Below are positions 37,432-50,569 of a stretch of 64,000 nucleotides of DNA, in pieces. Made by a program: the position numbers and the translations under genes. Origin of the DNA: Eledone cirrhosa (Eukaryota); NCBI GenBank assembly GCA_964016885.1, contig OZ024741.1, positions 219,852,001-219,916,000 on the forward strand. Direction: 5' to 3'. Each line of letters begins with the position of its first letter. The stretch's first letter is position 1. The notes beneath the pieces were generated by a model. The model was not told where the DNA came from, did no database searches, and was given only the letters and a program-made list of their open reading frames with translations.

Positions 37432-39179
37432 ATTTATTAAAATAACAGATTAAAGTTTAAGCAAAGAATCGCTGCTTTGACACTTAGCGAGACCTTCTGA
37501 AACTAAAAAAATCAATCTGTTAACGCAGAAGTAAATGTTTCGAAACACGTTGCAACAGAAGGAAGACAGGAAGACGATACTTTGGTTCGTGGAAAGTTTA
37601 TCTGGCAAAGAACGGAAAAAACGAAGATTATACGTCGTTATGTGGAGCGGTGAGAACAATTACACGCAAAGACAAAACCACGTAAATGGTATAACTGAAG
37701 TCGTAGACTAAAATTCTATTTAAGAAACCGAATGATTCTCGGCTTCAGAGTTAAGAATAATGTAAATAAATTACAGAGGTAATTGAAATCAACAAAAATT
37801 AAATATATACATGCACGCATCCATATACGTACATACACGTACATACGCGAAAACACCCGCCATCGGTATGCAAAATCAATCACGTACACAAACAAAACAC
37901 GCACGCACATACAGAACCCACGCAACGACTGTACCCGCATACACACATACGAACGTATACACCAAATACACATAAAAATATATATAAAAAATATATATAA
38001 ATGTGTGTGTGTGCGCGTGTAAACATATAATTATCTAAACGTATATAAATATACACACATAAATACGTATATAACGCGCGCACACACATACCTACATGTA
38101 AATACACATATGTTCGCTAAACGTACGTCAACCAAAACACAAAGTACACATATACACAGACCCTACATACGTACGAACCCGCATACTCACACAGACGCAA
38201 AACTCACGTATACACATAACCATATGCACATGTACCAGTAAATATAATATAATATATACGCCTATAACATATACAAGCAAATATACGTACGAGAAAGTAT
38301 ACATACCTTCACAAAACATACAGGTAATATATACTTACCTATACAAATAAGTAATGGTATAAACATAACATATACTTAGCTACCACATCAAGACGTAAAA
38401 TATTCGCGTATAGTTCGTACTATCCGTTAGGGTATAATGTGGGACTGTAATACAGGAAAGTTTTGTGCAATATATGTTTACAAGCCGAAATTGCCTCAGA
38501 TTTTTTGTTTAAGACGTGGTCTTTGGCGTAGAGTATTTCCAGGGCCTCAGCGGCGCAGAGGTCACATGGTCTTTTATTTCCGTTATACGATCTAGCCCTA
38601 GCTAGGATCTCCCAGTCTAACTTATATTGGGTGTGGTTGTCTTTTAGACTCCAGATATAAGCTGAATGTGACGTCATATTCCTTCTTGAAGGGTTAAGAA
38701 AATAATGGGTATGCATGTAAAGACGCTGCTTGAATCTATTGGTGGTTAATCGTATGTAAGCCCTACGGGACGTGGGTGTTTCAACCTTACATTTGTAGAC
38801 AATGTTACTAGAGAGGCATTTCCCGGATAGGGGGCAGTCAACCCGATTCCTACAATTACAGTTAGTACTGGCTACAGGGTTGCACGTGTTCCTACGGCTA
38901 GGTAATTTAGCTAAATTTTTAGCTGTGATGTTAGGTGCGAGGTTAGGAGTCGTCGAGTAAGAAATTTAAATGGTATTTTTATTTAAAATGTTACTATATT
39001 TATGTGGTGGGGTGAATTCTTCATAATAAGGGATCCCGTTAAGGGTGAAAGCGGCGATTCTTTGCTGAAACTTTAATCTGTTATTTTAATAAATATTTGC
39101 TCTACGGTTCTTATATATTTGATATATATTTATCCTTATCGAGCCCTCTTTGGATTTTAGTCTTCAAATTTATTATTAT

Positions 39180-39180
<1 letters not shown>
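37432..39180 (-). mobile_element. Penelope-like element, 5'-truncated, with inverted terminal fragment
   Basis: GIY-YIG coding remnant; 37432-37495 is an imperfect inverted repeat of ~39031-39095. Confidence 0.78.
38420..39010 (-). pseudogene. Penelope GIY-YIG endonuclease fragment, Naiad-like
   Basis: Manual translation CNCRNRVDCPLSGKCLSSNIVYKC..YIRLT..FKQR..H..YIWSLK..W.IL..CDLC..E..LNKKSE..CKH; one upstream stop. Confidence 0.8.
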
Positions 39181-39235
<55 letters not shown>

Positions 39236-39270
39236 GCACACAACGGCATGGGACCAGCTAGTTATCTAAA

Positions 39271-41845
39271 TCTATCATATTATAATTCTGCTTGTTTCGT
39301 TCGTCAGGTACGTTTCGCTTTCGTAAGTTACATACACACACATCTACACATACATACATAAACAGGTACACAGACAACAGAATTACACACACACACAATT
39401 CTTAGAACGCAACGATGTGCATGTATCTATGTAATGAGTGAGCCAGGAAGGGGGTGAAACACTGTGTGTGAATGTATGTCTGTGTGTGTTTGTGTTAGTA
39501 TATGTGTGTATGTGAGAGTGTATGTGTGTGAATGTATATGTGTTTGCTTGCTTATATTTATGTGAGAGTGTGTGATTGTATGTGTTTGCGCGTAACTCAT
39601 ACGTAGAACGCTGTGTATGTAATAATTATTGTGTAGATGTGTGGCTGTTTTGTGTGAATGTATGTCTGTATGTGTTTGTGCTAGTATATGTGTGTATGTG
39701 TGTGTAAGAAGATATACATAAGACCGCAGTTGCAAAGTATACTGTGTACTCCAGCATTCGCGGTTGTGTTAGTATATGTGAGTGTATGTGTGTAAGAAGA
39801 TATACATAACGACCGCAGTTGCAAGGTATACAGTGTAATCCAACATTCGCGGTTGTGTTAGTATATGTGAGTGTATGTGTGTAAGAAGATATACATAACG
39901 ACCGCAGTTGCAAGGTATACAGTGTAATCCAACATTCGCGGTTGTGTTAGTATATGTGAGTGTATGTGTGTAAGAAGATATACATAACGACCGCAGTTGC
40001 AAGGTATACAGTGTACCCCTGCATTCGCAGATTTTTCCTTAGAACATAATTAATACTTGTTCTTGGAAACTACCACGTATTCACGGAATCGTAAATATCT
40101 TCCGCGATTTTTTATGATTTTTTTCGCGGCAATATATAATTTTTTAACGCTAAATTATTAATAACAATATTACTGCAGGAAGTTGCTACCCAGCACATGC
40201 CAACACAACTTCGTATGAGGTTCGCTGCTCTGTGAATTTATTCTGAGCCAGCCAATGCACTGCAATTGTGGAAGACACATAAGGAATCCATGATTGAGAA
40301 CTATTTGCCGCAAGGAATGGATGGTCAGCAAGCTGAAAATATGTTACTTGGTTACATTAACACAATATTGATTGAAAATGGTACCAACTGCGCATGACTG
40401 GGTCTAGCTCAACCCATTGAGATGCTTCAACCTGATCAAGTTGACATCAACCACCCTGATATTACTTCTCTTACTGAAGAGCAACAAATGACAGCTGATG
40501 CTGTAATTGATGCTGTTCAATAAAGAAGAAAAGATGAAAGGGCTGCATATACCTACTTCTATGCAGATGCACCTGGAGGTTGTGGCAAAACATACCTCTT
40601 CAATGCACTGATTTTCACCTCCAGATGAATAACTGTCAAGTATGTTGCCGTGCTTGGACCGGCATAGCATCTACACGGCATCTGGGAGGTAGAACAGTGC
40701 ACAATTTAGTCAAACTATCTGTTCTACTAACAGAGACCAGTGTATGTAATGTTTATGGTTCATCTGACCATGCCAATTACTTACGGAACCTGGATCTCAT
40801 AATACTGCACGAGGCTTCTATGATTCCTTCCCATGCAATTCATACCATTCACAAGTGCCTTCAAGACATCACTGGTGTCAATGAAGAGTTTGGAGGAAAG
40901 GTTTTGTTTTTGGGAGATGAATTCAGGCAACTGTTACCAATATTACTAAGGTGTACCCGTGATGAGTCTACAGAGGCGGACAGATACTCTACTGAATTTC
41001 TGAACTCCCTTACACCTTCCGGGATGCCACCTCACAAACTCCAATTAAAAATAGGATCCTTAATAATGTTTCTACGGAATATTTCAATCCAGCACGGATT
41101 AAGCAATGTCACAATATTAGAAGTAGTAGGAATGCATCAACATTTTATCGAAGCTTCTCATATGATTGGTCATTTGATGCGCAAGCGTGTTTTGATCCCA
41201 AGACTGAAGTTGGCCCCCAGTGATCCCAACATCCCTTTTACTTTGGAAAGAACCCAGTTTCCATTAATACTGTCGTATGCTATGACAATCAAGAAGAGCC
41301 ATGGTCAAATATACGATAAAGTGGCTCTGTTCCTTCCTAAGCCAGTATTTAGCCATAGGCAATTGTATGTCACTTTTTCAAGAGTTCGTAGACAGTCAGA
41401 TGTAAAAATTAAAATATTGAACACTGATAAGCAAGGAAGGCGAGGTAATAAATCTGTGACAAAGAACATTGTATGCAAACAGCTATTAACATAATTCTGA
41501 GCTAATTGCAAGTTGCAATAGAATTGAAACTAATCAGGTAAATAAACATATTGTGTATATTCTCTCTATCGTTTTGTATTTGAATATAATGTAAAGTAAT
41601 TATGATAAAACATTGCGCAATAAGGAATATGATATTATATATTAATCTTGCAGTTTCAATAGAATTAAATTCTAATGAATGATATGTGTATTAAGTATTA
41701 TATAGATTGTCTTTGAATATTTATGTATCATTTATTGCACAAGCAACAATAAGATTTATATCCAATAGAAATGCAAATCATCCTTTTTTTCTTAAATAGC
41801 TCCTCTTAATTATTTTGTCCGCGGAATTTCCACGGTTTCCACTAT
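39271..41845 (+). mobile_element. Internally deleted Helitron with Pif1-like helicase remnant (~40180-41494)
   Basis: 5' TCTATCATATTATAA; LNSLTPSGMPPHKL, RTQFPLILSYAMTIKKSHGQ, VFSHRQLYVTFSRV; 3' hairpin CCGCGGAATTTCCACGG + CTAT. Confidence 0.8.
39700..40016. repeat. 89-bp tandem repeat, ~3.5 units, inside the Helitron
   Basis: GTGTAAGAAGATATACATAA recurs at 39702, 39790, 39879, 39968. Confidence 0.9.
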
Positions 41846-41879
41846 TGTATATAATAATTGTTTCTACTATATATAATAA

Positions 41880-42277
41880 TATGGGCAGCAACTGCAGAGG
41901 ATATGCAACGGCTGGAGAGAAATGAAGCAAGCATGCTCTGTTGGATGTGCAATGTCAATGTACGTGAAAGACCGAGCATGGATGTGTTGAGAGAGAAACT
42001 GTGTTTAAGAGGGATAAGTTGTAGTGTGCGGGAGAGAAGACTGCGATGGTATGGACATGTGATGCGCATGGACAGTGACCGCAAAGAAGTGCCAAGAAAT
42101 CCCAGTAGAAGGAAGACGCAGGAGAGGAAGACCACGAAAAACATGGGTGGAGGTGGTGAGAGCAGACCTCAGATTGATGATTCGCGGAAGGGATGACAAA
42201 GGACCGTGACAAGTGGAGAGATGCTGTGCTGAATATGACCCGTCTCACCCTTGCAAGCAGGGAAAAACGGACGTCAA

Positions 42278-42318
<41 letters not shown>
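41880..42318 (+). mobile_element. RTE-X LINE 3' fragment with (GAT)n tail
   Basis: QRLERNEASMLCWMCNV..RERRLRWYGHVMRMD; 3' end matches 36960-37155. Confidence 0.78.
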
Positions 42319-42319
<1 letters not shown>

Positions 42320-42808
42320 GGAACTTCCATCATTCTTTTGAAAAACGCAGACCAGCTACTTCTATGCAATGGCACACATTTTACAGTCAGGTGGATGAGG
42401 AACCATCTCCTAGAGGTCACTATTCTTGGAAGCAATCATCAACGAGAAAATGCATTTATTACCAAGATTCCTCTTATCTCTTCCTTTACCAAGACTTCAG
42501 TTCCCAGTTAGAGCTGTTGTGCTATGAACATAAATACACCTCAGGCTCAAAGTCTAAAAGTTGTAAAATTGAATATGAGAGAATCGGTTTTTACCCCTGG
42601 GCAGTTATATGTAGGTTTTTCACGAGTGGGAACACCTAGATATCTTCATAGACTACAGACTATTCTTTTTACTGCATTTTGTTTTGTCGCACACACCCCG
42701 GCCTCGCCCCATACTGTAAACCAGACAAACATCCACTACAGTCATTTTCTCTTCTACCTGTCTTCTCTTATCATCTATTTTCACGGGTAAAGCTGGGTAT
42801 AACAGCTA

Positions 42809-42810
<2 letters not shown>
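42319..42810 (+). mobile_element. Helitron 3' fragment (decayed helicase + terminus); related fragment ~49088-49634
   Basis: LCNGT, GQLYVGFSRVG; terminal CGGGTAAAGCTGGGTATAACAGCTAGT. Confidence 0.7.
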
Positions 42811-42845
<35 letters not shown>

Positions 42846-44741
42846 TCAACATCATCATCATCATTTTACGTCAGCTTTTCCCTGCTTGCAGGGGTTGGAC
42901 GGGTCCTATTCAGCACAGCATCTCTCCACTTGTCACGTATATGTGTATATGTGTGTGTGTATTGTATATTGGATTGGCAGTATCGGTGGAGTGTCGGACG
43001 CCATGCTTTGCAGCAAAGAGTTAGGGCCCTTTGTAGTCTGAGTTCAAATCCCGCCGAAGTTAACTTTGCCTTTCATCCTTACAGGGTCGATAAAATAAAG
43101 TACCAGTATTACACTGGGTTAATTACTGGCCTTGTGCCAAAAGTAGAAACAATTATAATATATACTATATATTTTCTTCTTCTTCTTCTTTGCCAACTTA
43201 TTCCTAGCAGGGTCACGTGGTGGCAAATTCGTCAAACTTGCCTTCCAGCCGGTCCTGCTGAAGCATTATATTTATAATATAATATACATTATATATATTA
43301 TAAATATTATTTAAATATATATAAAGGGCGGTGGATTGGCAGTATCGGTAGAGGGTCGGACGCCATGCTTTCCAGCATAGTTACGTCCCTTTACCATCTG
43401 AGTTCAAATCCCGCCGAGGTTGACTTTGCCTTTCATCCTTACGGGGTCGATAAAATAAAGTACCAGTAATGCACTGGTAATTGCTGGCCTAAAGTAGAAA
43501 CAATTATTTAAATATATATTGTATATTATAATAAATATTATATATACAATATTTATTATAAATAATATACACAATATATTATAATATTAAGGATACTATT
43601 TATGGTTATGTATATACTAAAACTTTTTATAGTTATGTATATTTTAAACCCTAAACAGTGAAGGTCAGTAATGTATTACTACCTTATTACCAGTAAGATA
43701 AATAGCTCAATGTAATAACATCAGTTGTTCTACAGAGCAATTATATAGAATTCACAAGAATCAAAGCTATGTTCAAAGCATTTATTCACTTACAATTGTT
43801 TCATCCAAACCTAGGCTTGGCGTCTTCGGAGCATTTTTCAATGTTTGTACATATAATTGACCTCCTTTCCAACGCAAGAGACATACAGATACATATATAT
43901 ATATTGATGTACAGTGGAGTGACATATATTATACTATATTATTTCTGTATAGCAATTCAAATTCAAATTCAAAATCAAAATCAAAATTAAAATTAAAACA
44001 AAATTAAAACAAAATTAAAATACATTCGGCAGTTAACACAGATAATGCAAGGGGATAGTTTGTTAGTTAGATGTAGTAGTTAGTGTATGCGTTAGTTACA
44101 CGTGGGGCATGCAAGTGTGTCTCATTTATATATGATTATTGTGTGGCAGGGCGTTACATGTAATACAAGCACTTTAAGCGGGTAAGTAAGAGTATTATGG
44201 TGGTTGTAGTGGTAAGGTATTTTTTGTATATAATAAAAAAATATATTATATGTATATTGTATAAAATATATTATATATACGGCCAAATACTAATGTCTGG
44301 TGGTGCCAGGTGACAACGAAAGCGCCAGAATCTGGTCTCTTGTGGCACGTGGAATGTTTCTATATAACAGTGTGGTTCTCTTGGTCTTAGCAAAGTCAGT
44401 GGAGAAGGGGAAGGTAATATTTCTGTAACACCAACAACACTCTCTATCTTCCTCTCTTGCTAAAGAAATAGAAGAGGGAAGGGGAAGGTAATATTTCTGA
44501 CACAATTGGTTTCTCTCTCTTTTCTCTCTCTCTCTTTCTTTCATTCTTTCTCTCTCCTCCCCCTCCCTCAACAAAGATATAGTAGTGGAAAGGGGAAGGT
44601 AATGTTACAATAACGCGTGTGATTTCTTTCTTTCTATATATGAGGTGGAGATTCGACCGCGAGCTCGGTCAGTTTCAACTTCTAACGCAGCTGTACCCCA
44701 GCATGGCTTCAGCCAGTCGGCTGAAACACGTAAAAGAGTCT

Positions 44742-45198
44742 ACATACCTATATACATGATGGCTGCCCCCTCGTTATCGAGTATGGCCATTGCACGATAT
44801 ACCATTCGCCGAGGTTAACTTTGCCTTTCATCCTTACGGGGTCGATAAAATAAAGTACCAGTAATGCACTGGGTATTTGCTGGCCTTGTGCCTAAAGTAG
44901 AAACAATTAATTAATTCTATCGTGCAATGTCTGTGCGTGACGAATATTTTTAAAGTGAGGAAAGACTGTGCACTGAGCCAATCCCACTCTCTGAGCGACA
45001 GTAGCTATAACCCGAAAAGAAGAAAAGATCAACATCATCGGTAACTACTGAGCCGCAGGTTTTATATCGGAGTTATCCCAGTTTCCTGAGTTGCCTTCTC
45101 CTAGAAGAATGCCCTGACAAAGGCTAGGGGCTTCTTCACTCCCAATGGTTTAACCGCGCGATCGGGTGTCGATCCCGACTATTTCTATGTCCCCGCGC
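44742..45198 (-). mobile_element. Non-autonomous RTE derivative with complete 5' UTR; SINE fragment inside the panhandle loop
   Basis: Matches 19490-19532 and 23609-23886; CATTGCACGATA (44788-44799) / TATCGTGCAATG (44918-44929) enclose a Deu/Nin SINE 3' part. Confidence 0.82.
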
Positions 45199-45239
45199 AT
45201 ATACATACATATGTACATGTACATACATACATACATTTT

Positions 45240-46275
45240 TATCAATGGCCTAACTGTTTCACCGATATCTGATGAGGACTGCTACAGATACCTATGGATA
45301 GACGAGAATAAATCCTATAATGGTATTTGTAATAAGGAACACATAACCAAAGAATATTACATCTGATTAAGAAAAATATGGTCATCGGAACTCTCTGCGT
45401 ACAATAAAACAGTGGCTCACAATGTGTTTGCTGTGTCTGTCCTAGCACCAACGTTTGGAATCTCGTTTGGATGATAGACGAAATCCGAGTAATTGATATT
45501 AAAACTCGAAAAATTCTAAACAACACTGGAAACTTTCACATCAACAGTGACATGAACCGCCTCTACTTGGAACGTACGCAGGGAGGCAGAGGCCTAACAT
45601 CAGTCCAGACAGCATTTGAGTGTTGCATCATATCCCCCCCCCCCCCCGATAACATTTACGAACCACCAAACGTAGGAGCCCATCTATTGAGCAAGTCTAT
45701 CTGCATGAGACAGATAAGATCATAAGAGTTGGGAAGGAACATCTTGAAAGTTACTCCCTGCATGATAATCACAAGCGCACAGGCAGGGAAATTGCCCAGC
45801 AATACTGCAGCGAATCCATGGATGAAAAACTGCATGCTCATCAGAAAAAACTCATGCATGGTTATATTGCCAGGAAACTCCAGAGTGAGAGTAATATAGA
45901 TAAGCAAAGTAATCTATCTTAGACCAAAAACCGCTATATTAGCTCTCACTTTGAAAACACAAAATACTTGATTCACAAAAAAGAGTTAGGGATACAGACA
46001 AAACACCTAGATGTGACAAGAAATGCAGACGCTGTAAAATTAACATCGAAGATGTCACCCATATCATAAACAGCTGTCCAAAGATGTCATCACGGTACAA
46101 TTTACTGATGAGGCATGGTGTAGTAGTCAAAACACTATACAATGCAATTCGTAGAAAAGATAGCTCCGACAATAAACACATTAAATGTGGAGGACATACA
46201 CATACATAATATGAAAATGTAGTGGTGGGAATGTTCCAGTCAAAACCCCGATAAAATTCAAGCATGAAAGACCCC
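45240..46275 (+). mobile_element. Decayed R4-clade fragment, same family as 25127-28180
   Basis: INGLTVSPISDEDCYRYL shared with the 25-kb copy; begins after a (CATA)n-like tract 45198-45237. Confidence 0.85.
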
Positions 46276-46452
46276 TGAAGTGTCCACATATAATTCTTAT
46301 TTTCATATGGATTAAAACAATATAACACATTATCTAAAATAATCTACTATAGACAACTATAAGTAAACGGATAATTTATATCACTACGACGACGTCACAT
46401 TTTGTATATGAGTGTGTATGTGTCTGTGAGTGAGTGTGTATTTGCGCATTCG

Positions 46453-47480
46453 TTAACAGGGCGACCCTTTGGGACCCCTCCTGTTTGCCCTTGGTATAGA
46501 GCACATCGCCCGGAGTATCACGGCCCCTCTCAATGTTTGGTATCTGCATGATGCTACGTTAGGCGGGCCCGTACATGCTGTCTGCCATGACCTACAATCG
46601 CTGGTTCCTGCCCTGGCAGGAATCGGCCTCCAGGTCAACTTGGCCAAGTCGGAGGTGGTGAATGTCAGCCACGACATTTGCAGCCTCCGTCTCGGACGTG
46701 CGGTCCATTCTCCACCAGGTATAAGTGACCCCCCCCCCCAAAGAAGATGTCCTCATCCTCGGGTCACAGATCCACCCGCCGGCCATCCACTCCACCATCA
46801 TGTCCAGGCTACAACAACTCCAGACTCTCACGAGCCGACCGGGCTTGATCGACGGCCACCTTTCTGTTGAGGAACTGCTTCGCCATGCCGAAGCTCCTCT
46901 ATACACTTCGCAGCGCTCCGTGCTACAGCCACACATCTCTCCTCGCTGACCTCGATACTTGTATCCGAGCAGCAGTCGAGGAGATATGCAACGTCAAGTT
47001 TGACGACATAGGATGGCAACAGGGCACTTTACCTGTCAGGTATGCGGCCTTGGCCTCTGACCCCGATCTCACTGGCTTTGCCGGCGTATCTTTCGTCGTT
47101 AACCTCGTGCCGCGTCCTCGTCAGCAGGGTTCTTCTAAACACAATAGAACCCTCTGTGTTCAGAGAACGTGAGGCCGCCTGTGAGACGTGGGACCGGCTG
47201 GGACTTAGCCCAGTAGACGTCCCTCCTCCTTCTCCCCCCTATTCATGTCAAGCCCCTCCCTCTCCAAGCACTTGGGATGTCATCCAGTGCAGCCTGGCCT
47301 TAGACAGGCTCACGCGCCAGCTCAACCAGCACCGCCTTGCCTGTTTTCGTGTAGCCTCCAAACTCCACAGTGGTGCCTGGCTCCATGCCCTGCCCTCCTT
47401 CTCCACTGGCACGCAGCTAGACAACAATAGCTTGCGCAGCGGCGTTTCCTTTAGGCTCGGGCTATCATTCCATATATAAT
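46453..47480 (+). mobile_element. CRE-clade non-LTR RT fragment (decayed)
   Basis: QGDPLGPLLFAL, WYLHDATLGG (degenerate YLDD), PKLLYTLRSAPC, TLPVRY, SGAWLHALP, FRLGL. Confidence 0.7.
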
Positions 47481-47572
47481 TATGGTCGGTATGTTTATGT
47501 TTATGTTTTGGATGTTGACGAAGACGTAAATGAGCTAAGAAAGTTACTACCTCCATCACCACCACATCATTG

Positions 47573-47641
<69 letters not shown>

Positions 47642-47670
47642 ATATAACTCCAAATCTCTACCCCAAATCA

Positions 47671-48488
47671 TCTATATATATAAAACTGAGGATGTCTGTC
47701 TGTGTGTGTGTGAGTTTGAATCCCTAAAACTAAAGAAGCACCCAACCGACCGTTTTCAAACTTTACACATGTAATACTTATGTTTCAGGGAGTGTTCCGA
47801 GCAAAAATAATTTCAAATGTTCAATGCCCTAGGGACTGCATTAGGCGATTTAACGATCTCTCTCTATAATTCTTAGTATTTCTCTTTTTAGATAGATACA
47901 TACATGTAACGTCGCGCCCTTATAATATCTGTCTGCATTACGTCACTTCCCTGAGGATGTGTGTGTGTGTGTCCCCGTGTGTCTGTGAGTTTGAATCCCT
48001 AAAATTCGGGAAGTACCCAACCGACTTTTTTCAAACTTTACATGTGTATTACTTATGTTTCAGGGAGTGTTATGCACATAAAAAATACAAATTTTTTTAT
48101 CCCCTAGAGCCCGCATTAGTTGAAAAACTGAGTTTTTTCAGGTTTTTAGGGGTTTTTTGAAGCGTTACGTCAGACTGATTTCCTTGAAATTGTAACTATG
48201 TATTAGTCAGTCTCTTCTTCATACCGTGAGCAAAGAAAATCCAATTTTTTTATGGCCTAGGGCCCGCATTAGGTGAAAAACTTCACAAGTGGGAACACCT
48301 AGATATCTTCATAGACTACGCACTAGCAGTAAATTTAAGAATTTGGTGTATCTTGAATTTTTTTTACTGTATTTTGTTTTGTCACACACACCACGACCTC
48401 GCCTTACATTGTAAACGAGACAAACATCCACTACGGTCATTTTCACTTCTACCTGTCTTCTCTTATCTATTTTCGCGGGTAAAGCTAG
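47671..48488 (+). mobile_element. Non-autonomous Helitron with internal direct repeat
   Basis: 5' TCTATATATATAAAACTGAGG; internal repeat 47686/47951; 3' part homologous to 42620-42810, ending GCTAGT. Confidence 0.7.
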
Positions 48489-48576
48489 TTTATATATATA
48501 TATATACTGTTATTTTTATCTAAAGACTTTTTTTCAATTTCCCATCCGCCCTCAACCTATTTTATTTCTCATTCTT

Positions 48577-48612
48577 TCTTCTGATGAAGGACTAGCGTCG
48601 GAAACGTTAAGA
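48577..48612 (+). ncRNA. Minimal type I hammerhead ribozyme motif (Penelope-type)
   Basis: TCTT-CTGATGA-AG-GAC-TAGC-GTC-G-GAAA-CG-TT-AAGA; palindromic stem III AACGTT; lies between TA tracts. Confidence 0.65.
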
Positions 48613-49644
48613 CCCACTTCCTGCTATATCAAGCGTTAACCTAATATAACCCTTCCATATACTGTACCGATTGTCTTGTTATTTCTGTTTACCTTTTACA
48701 TACATATATATATATATATATATCTTTTTACTTTTATTAGCATCATTTTCTATATTTGGTAGCTGTAAATCATTTGGCTATTCTAAAAATAATATTACCA
48801 AGAATTTGTTGTTCTCGTTCCAAATAATGATGTAATATACTAATTTCATTTACAATTGTGTAAATCATAGGACAAATAGGGAAGGGGTAAAGACGGGCAG
48901 AGGGTGATGGGCTCTGGGCCTAGGGCGTGGCGGTGTTGGGGCTGCACCCCATGGACCATGGGAAATGATGCTGCAACAGCCACCCCAACTCGCGAGGCTC
49001 CTTCTTCTGACGGGCTGCTGACGTTCCTATCTATATCTATATATAATTATCTATATCTATGTATCTATATCTATATGCAATATAAAAGATTGGAACTCCC
49101 ATCATCCAAACTCCTCGACCAGCCACGTCTATGCAATGGCACACACTCTACAATCAGGCGGAAGATGAACCATCTCCTAGATCTCACTATTCTTGGAGGC
49201 AATCATCAACGAGAAAATGCATTTATTCCCAAATTCCTCGTATCAGTTCCTCTTCGGAACTGCCGTTTAAATTCTCAAGACTTCAGTTCCCTGTTAGAAC
49301 CAGTTTTCCTATGACCATAAATAAAGCTAAAGCTCAGAATTTCAAAGTTTTAAGATTGAATACAAGGGAAATATTTTTTACCCATGGATAGTTGTATGTA
49401 GGTTGTTCACCAGTGGGAGCACCCAGAAATCTTGATATACTATGGAGGAACGGTGAAACGAAGAATCTGGTGTATCTGGAAGATTTTTTTTTACTGTTTT
49501 TTTTTGCGCACACACAGACACAAACACACACACCCCATAGTCAAGCCTCGTACTGTAAACGTAACAACTCATCGAATACAGTTGTTTTCACTAATCATCT
49601 GTTTACTCAGGCGCAGCTGGGTACGTCAGCTAGTGTATATAAGT

Positions 49645-49970
49645 ATATACAAGCACCCAGTCTACACTGTAAGATGGTCGTGTAGGAGTCACGCAAAAAG
49701 CACCCAGCCCACAATGTAAAGTGGTCATGTAGGAGTCACGGCAAAAAGCACCCAGCATACACTGTAAAGTAGTCGTGTAGAAGTCATGGCAAAACAACCT
49801 AGCACACACTGTAAATGTGGTTGGCGTTATGAAGGGCGTCCAGCTGTAGAAATCTAGCCAGAAAAAGTTCTGTATGAGCAGGATACAGTCACCTGACCCA
49901 CCTGCCTCAAACCCGTATAATCCATACTAGCGTGGAAAATGGACATTAAACCGCGATGATAATGATGATA
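49645..49970 (+). mobile_element. RTE-related SINE with ~47-bp tandemly amplified segment
   Basis: GTCGTGTAGGAGTCACG..AAAAGCACCCAG..ACTGTAAA repeated 3-4 times, then GAAGGGCGTCCAGCTGTAGAAA and GAT-like tail. Confidence 0.6.
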
Positions 49971-50519
49971 TATATACAAACACACTCTCCCCCCTCCCCA
50001 CACACACAAACACACACACACGCATATACATATAGGATAACAAGGTATCGTTTAAGGTAATCCGGTTAGAGGTTATGAGTACTCTGTATCGAGGATAGTT
50101 TTAACGAACGGCGTTGTTTAACTCAACAAAAAGTTTCCTTAGTCTGGTGGCCGGTTTAAGAAAGTTCCTAGTCAGGCGTTTCTGGGAGCAATAATAGCAC
50201 AAGAATGAAGAATAACATGGTCGGCTGTACAATAGGGTTTATTTACAGAATTAACAATTGTTTCATTAATCAGGTGAGTTTAAAATTTGCTGATCGCTAG
50301 GAGTTACGTCACTCGATACCCGACCAAATCGTCAGAATTATCCTAGTGCATTACTGGTACTTTATTTTATCGACCCCGTAGGATGAAAGGCAAAGTTAAC
50401 CTCGGCGGGATTTGAACTCAGACCGAAAAGGCGCATAACTCTTTGCTGCAACATGGCGTTCGACTCTCTAACGATAATGCCAAGCCAACAAAAACAACAA
50501 CAACAACAACAACAACAAC

Positions 50520-50566
<47 letters not shown>

Positions 50567-50569
<3 letters not shown>

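Noticed and set aside
39700-40016. Possible CRISPR-like array
   Set aside because: Units are contiguous and near-identical with no unique spacers; eukaryotic context and no cas genes.
40580-41494. Host PIF1 helicase gene
   Set aside because: Intronless, internally deleted, motifs degenerate and bounded by Helitron-type ends.
48880-49025. GC-rich island, possibly an exon or CRE 3' end
   Set aside because: No recognisable motif or splice context; cannot be assigned from sequence alone.
50238-50280. Minus-strand hammerhead-like CTGATTAAT-GAAACAATTGTTA
   Set aside because: Core is mutated, stem II is absent and stem I is unconvincing.
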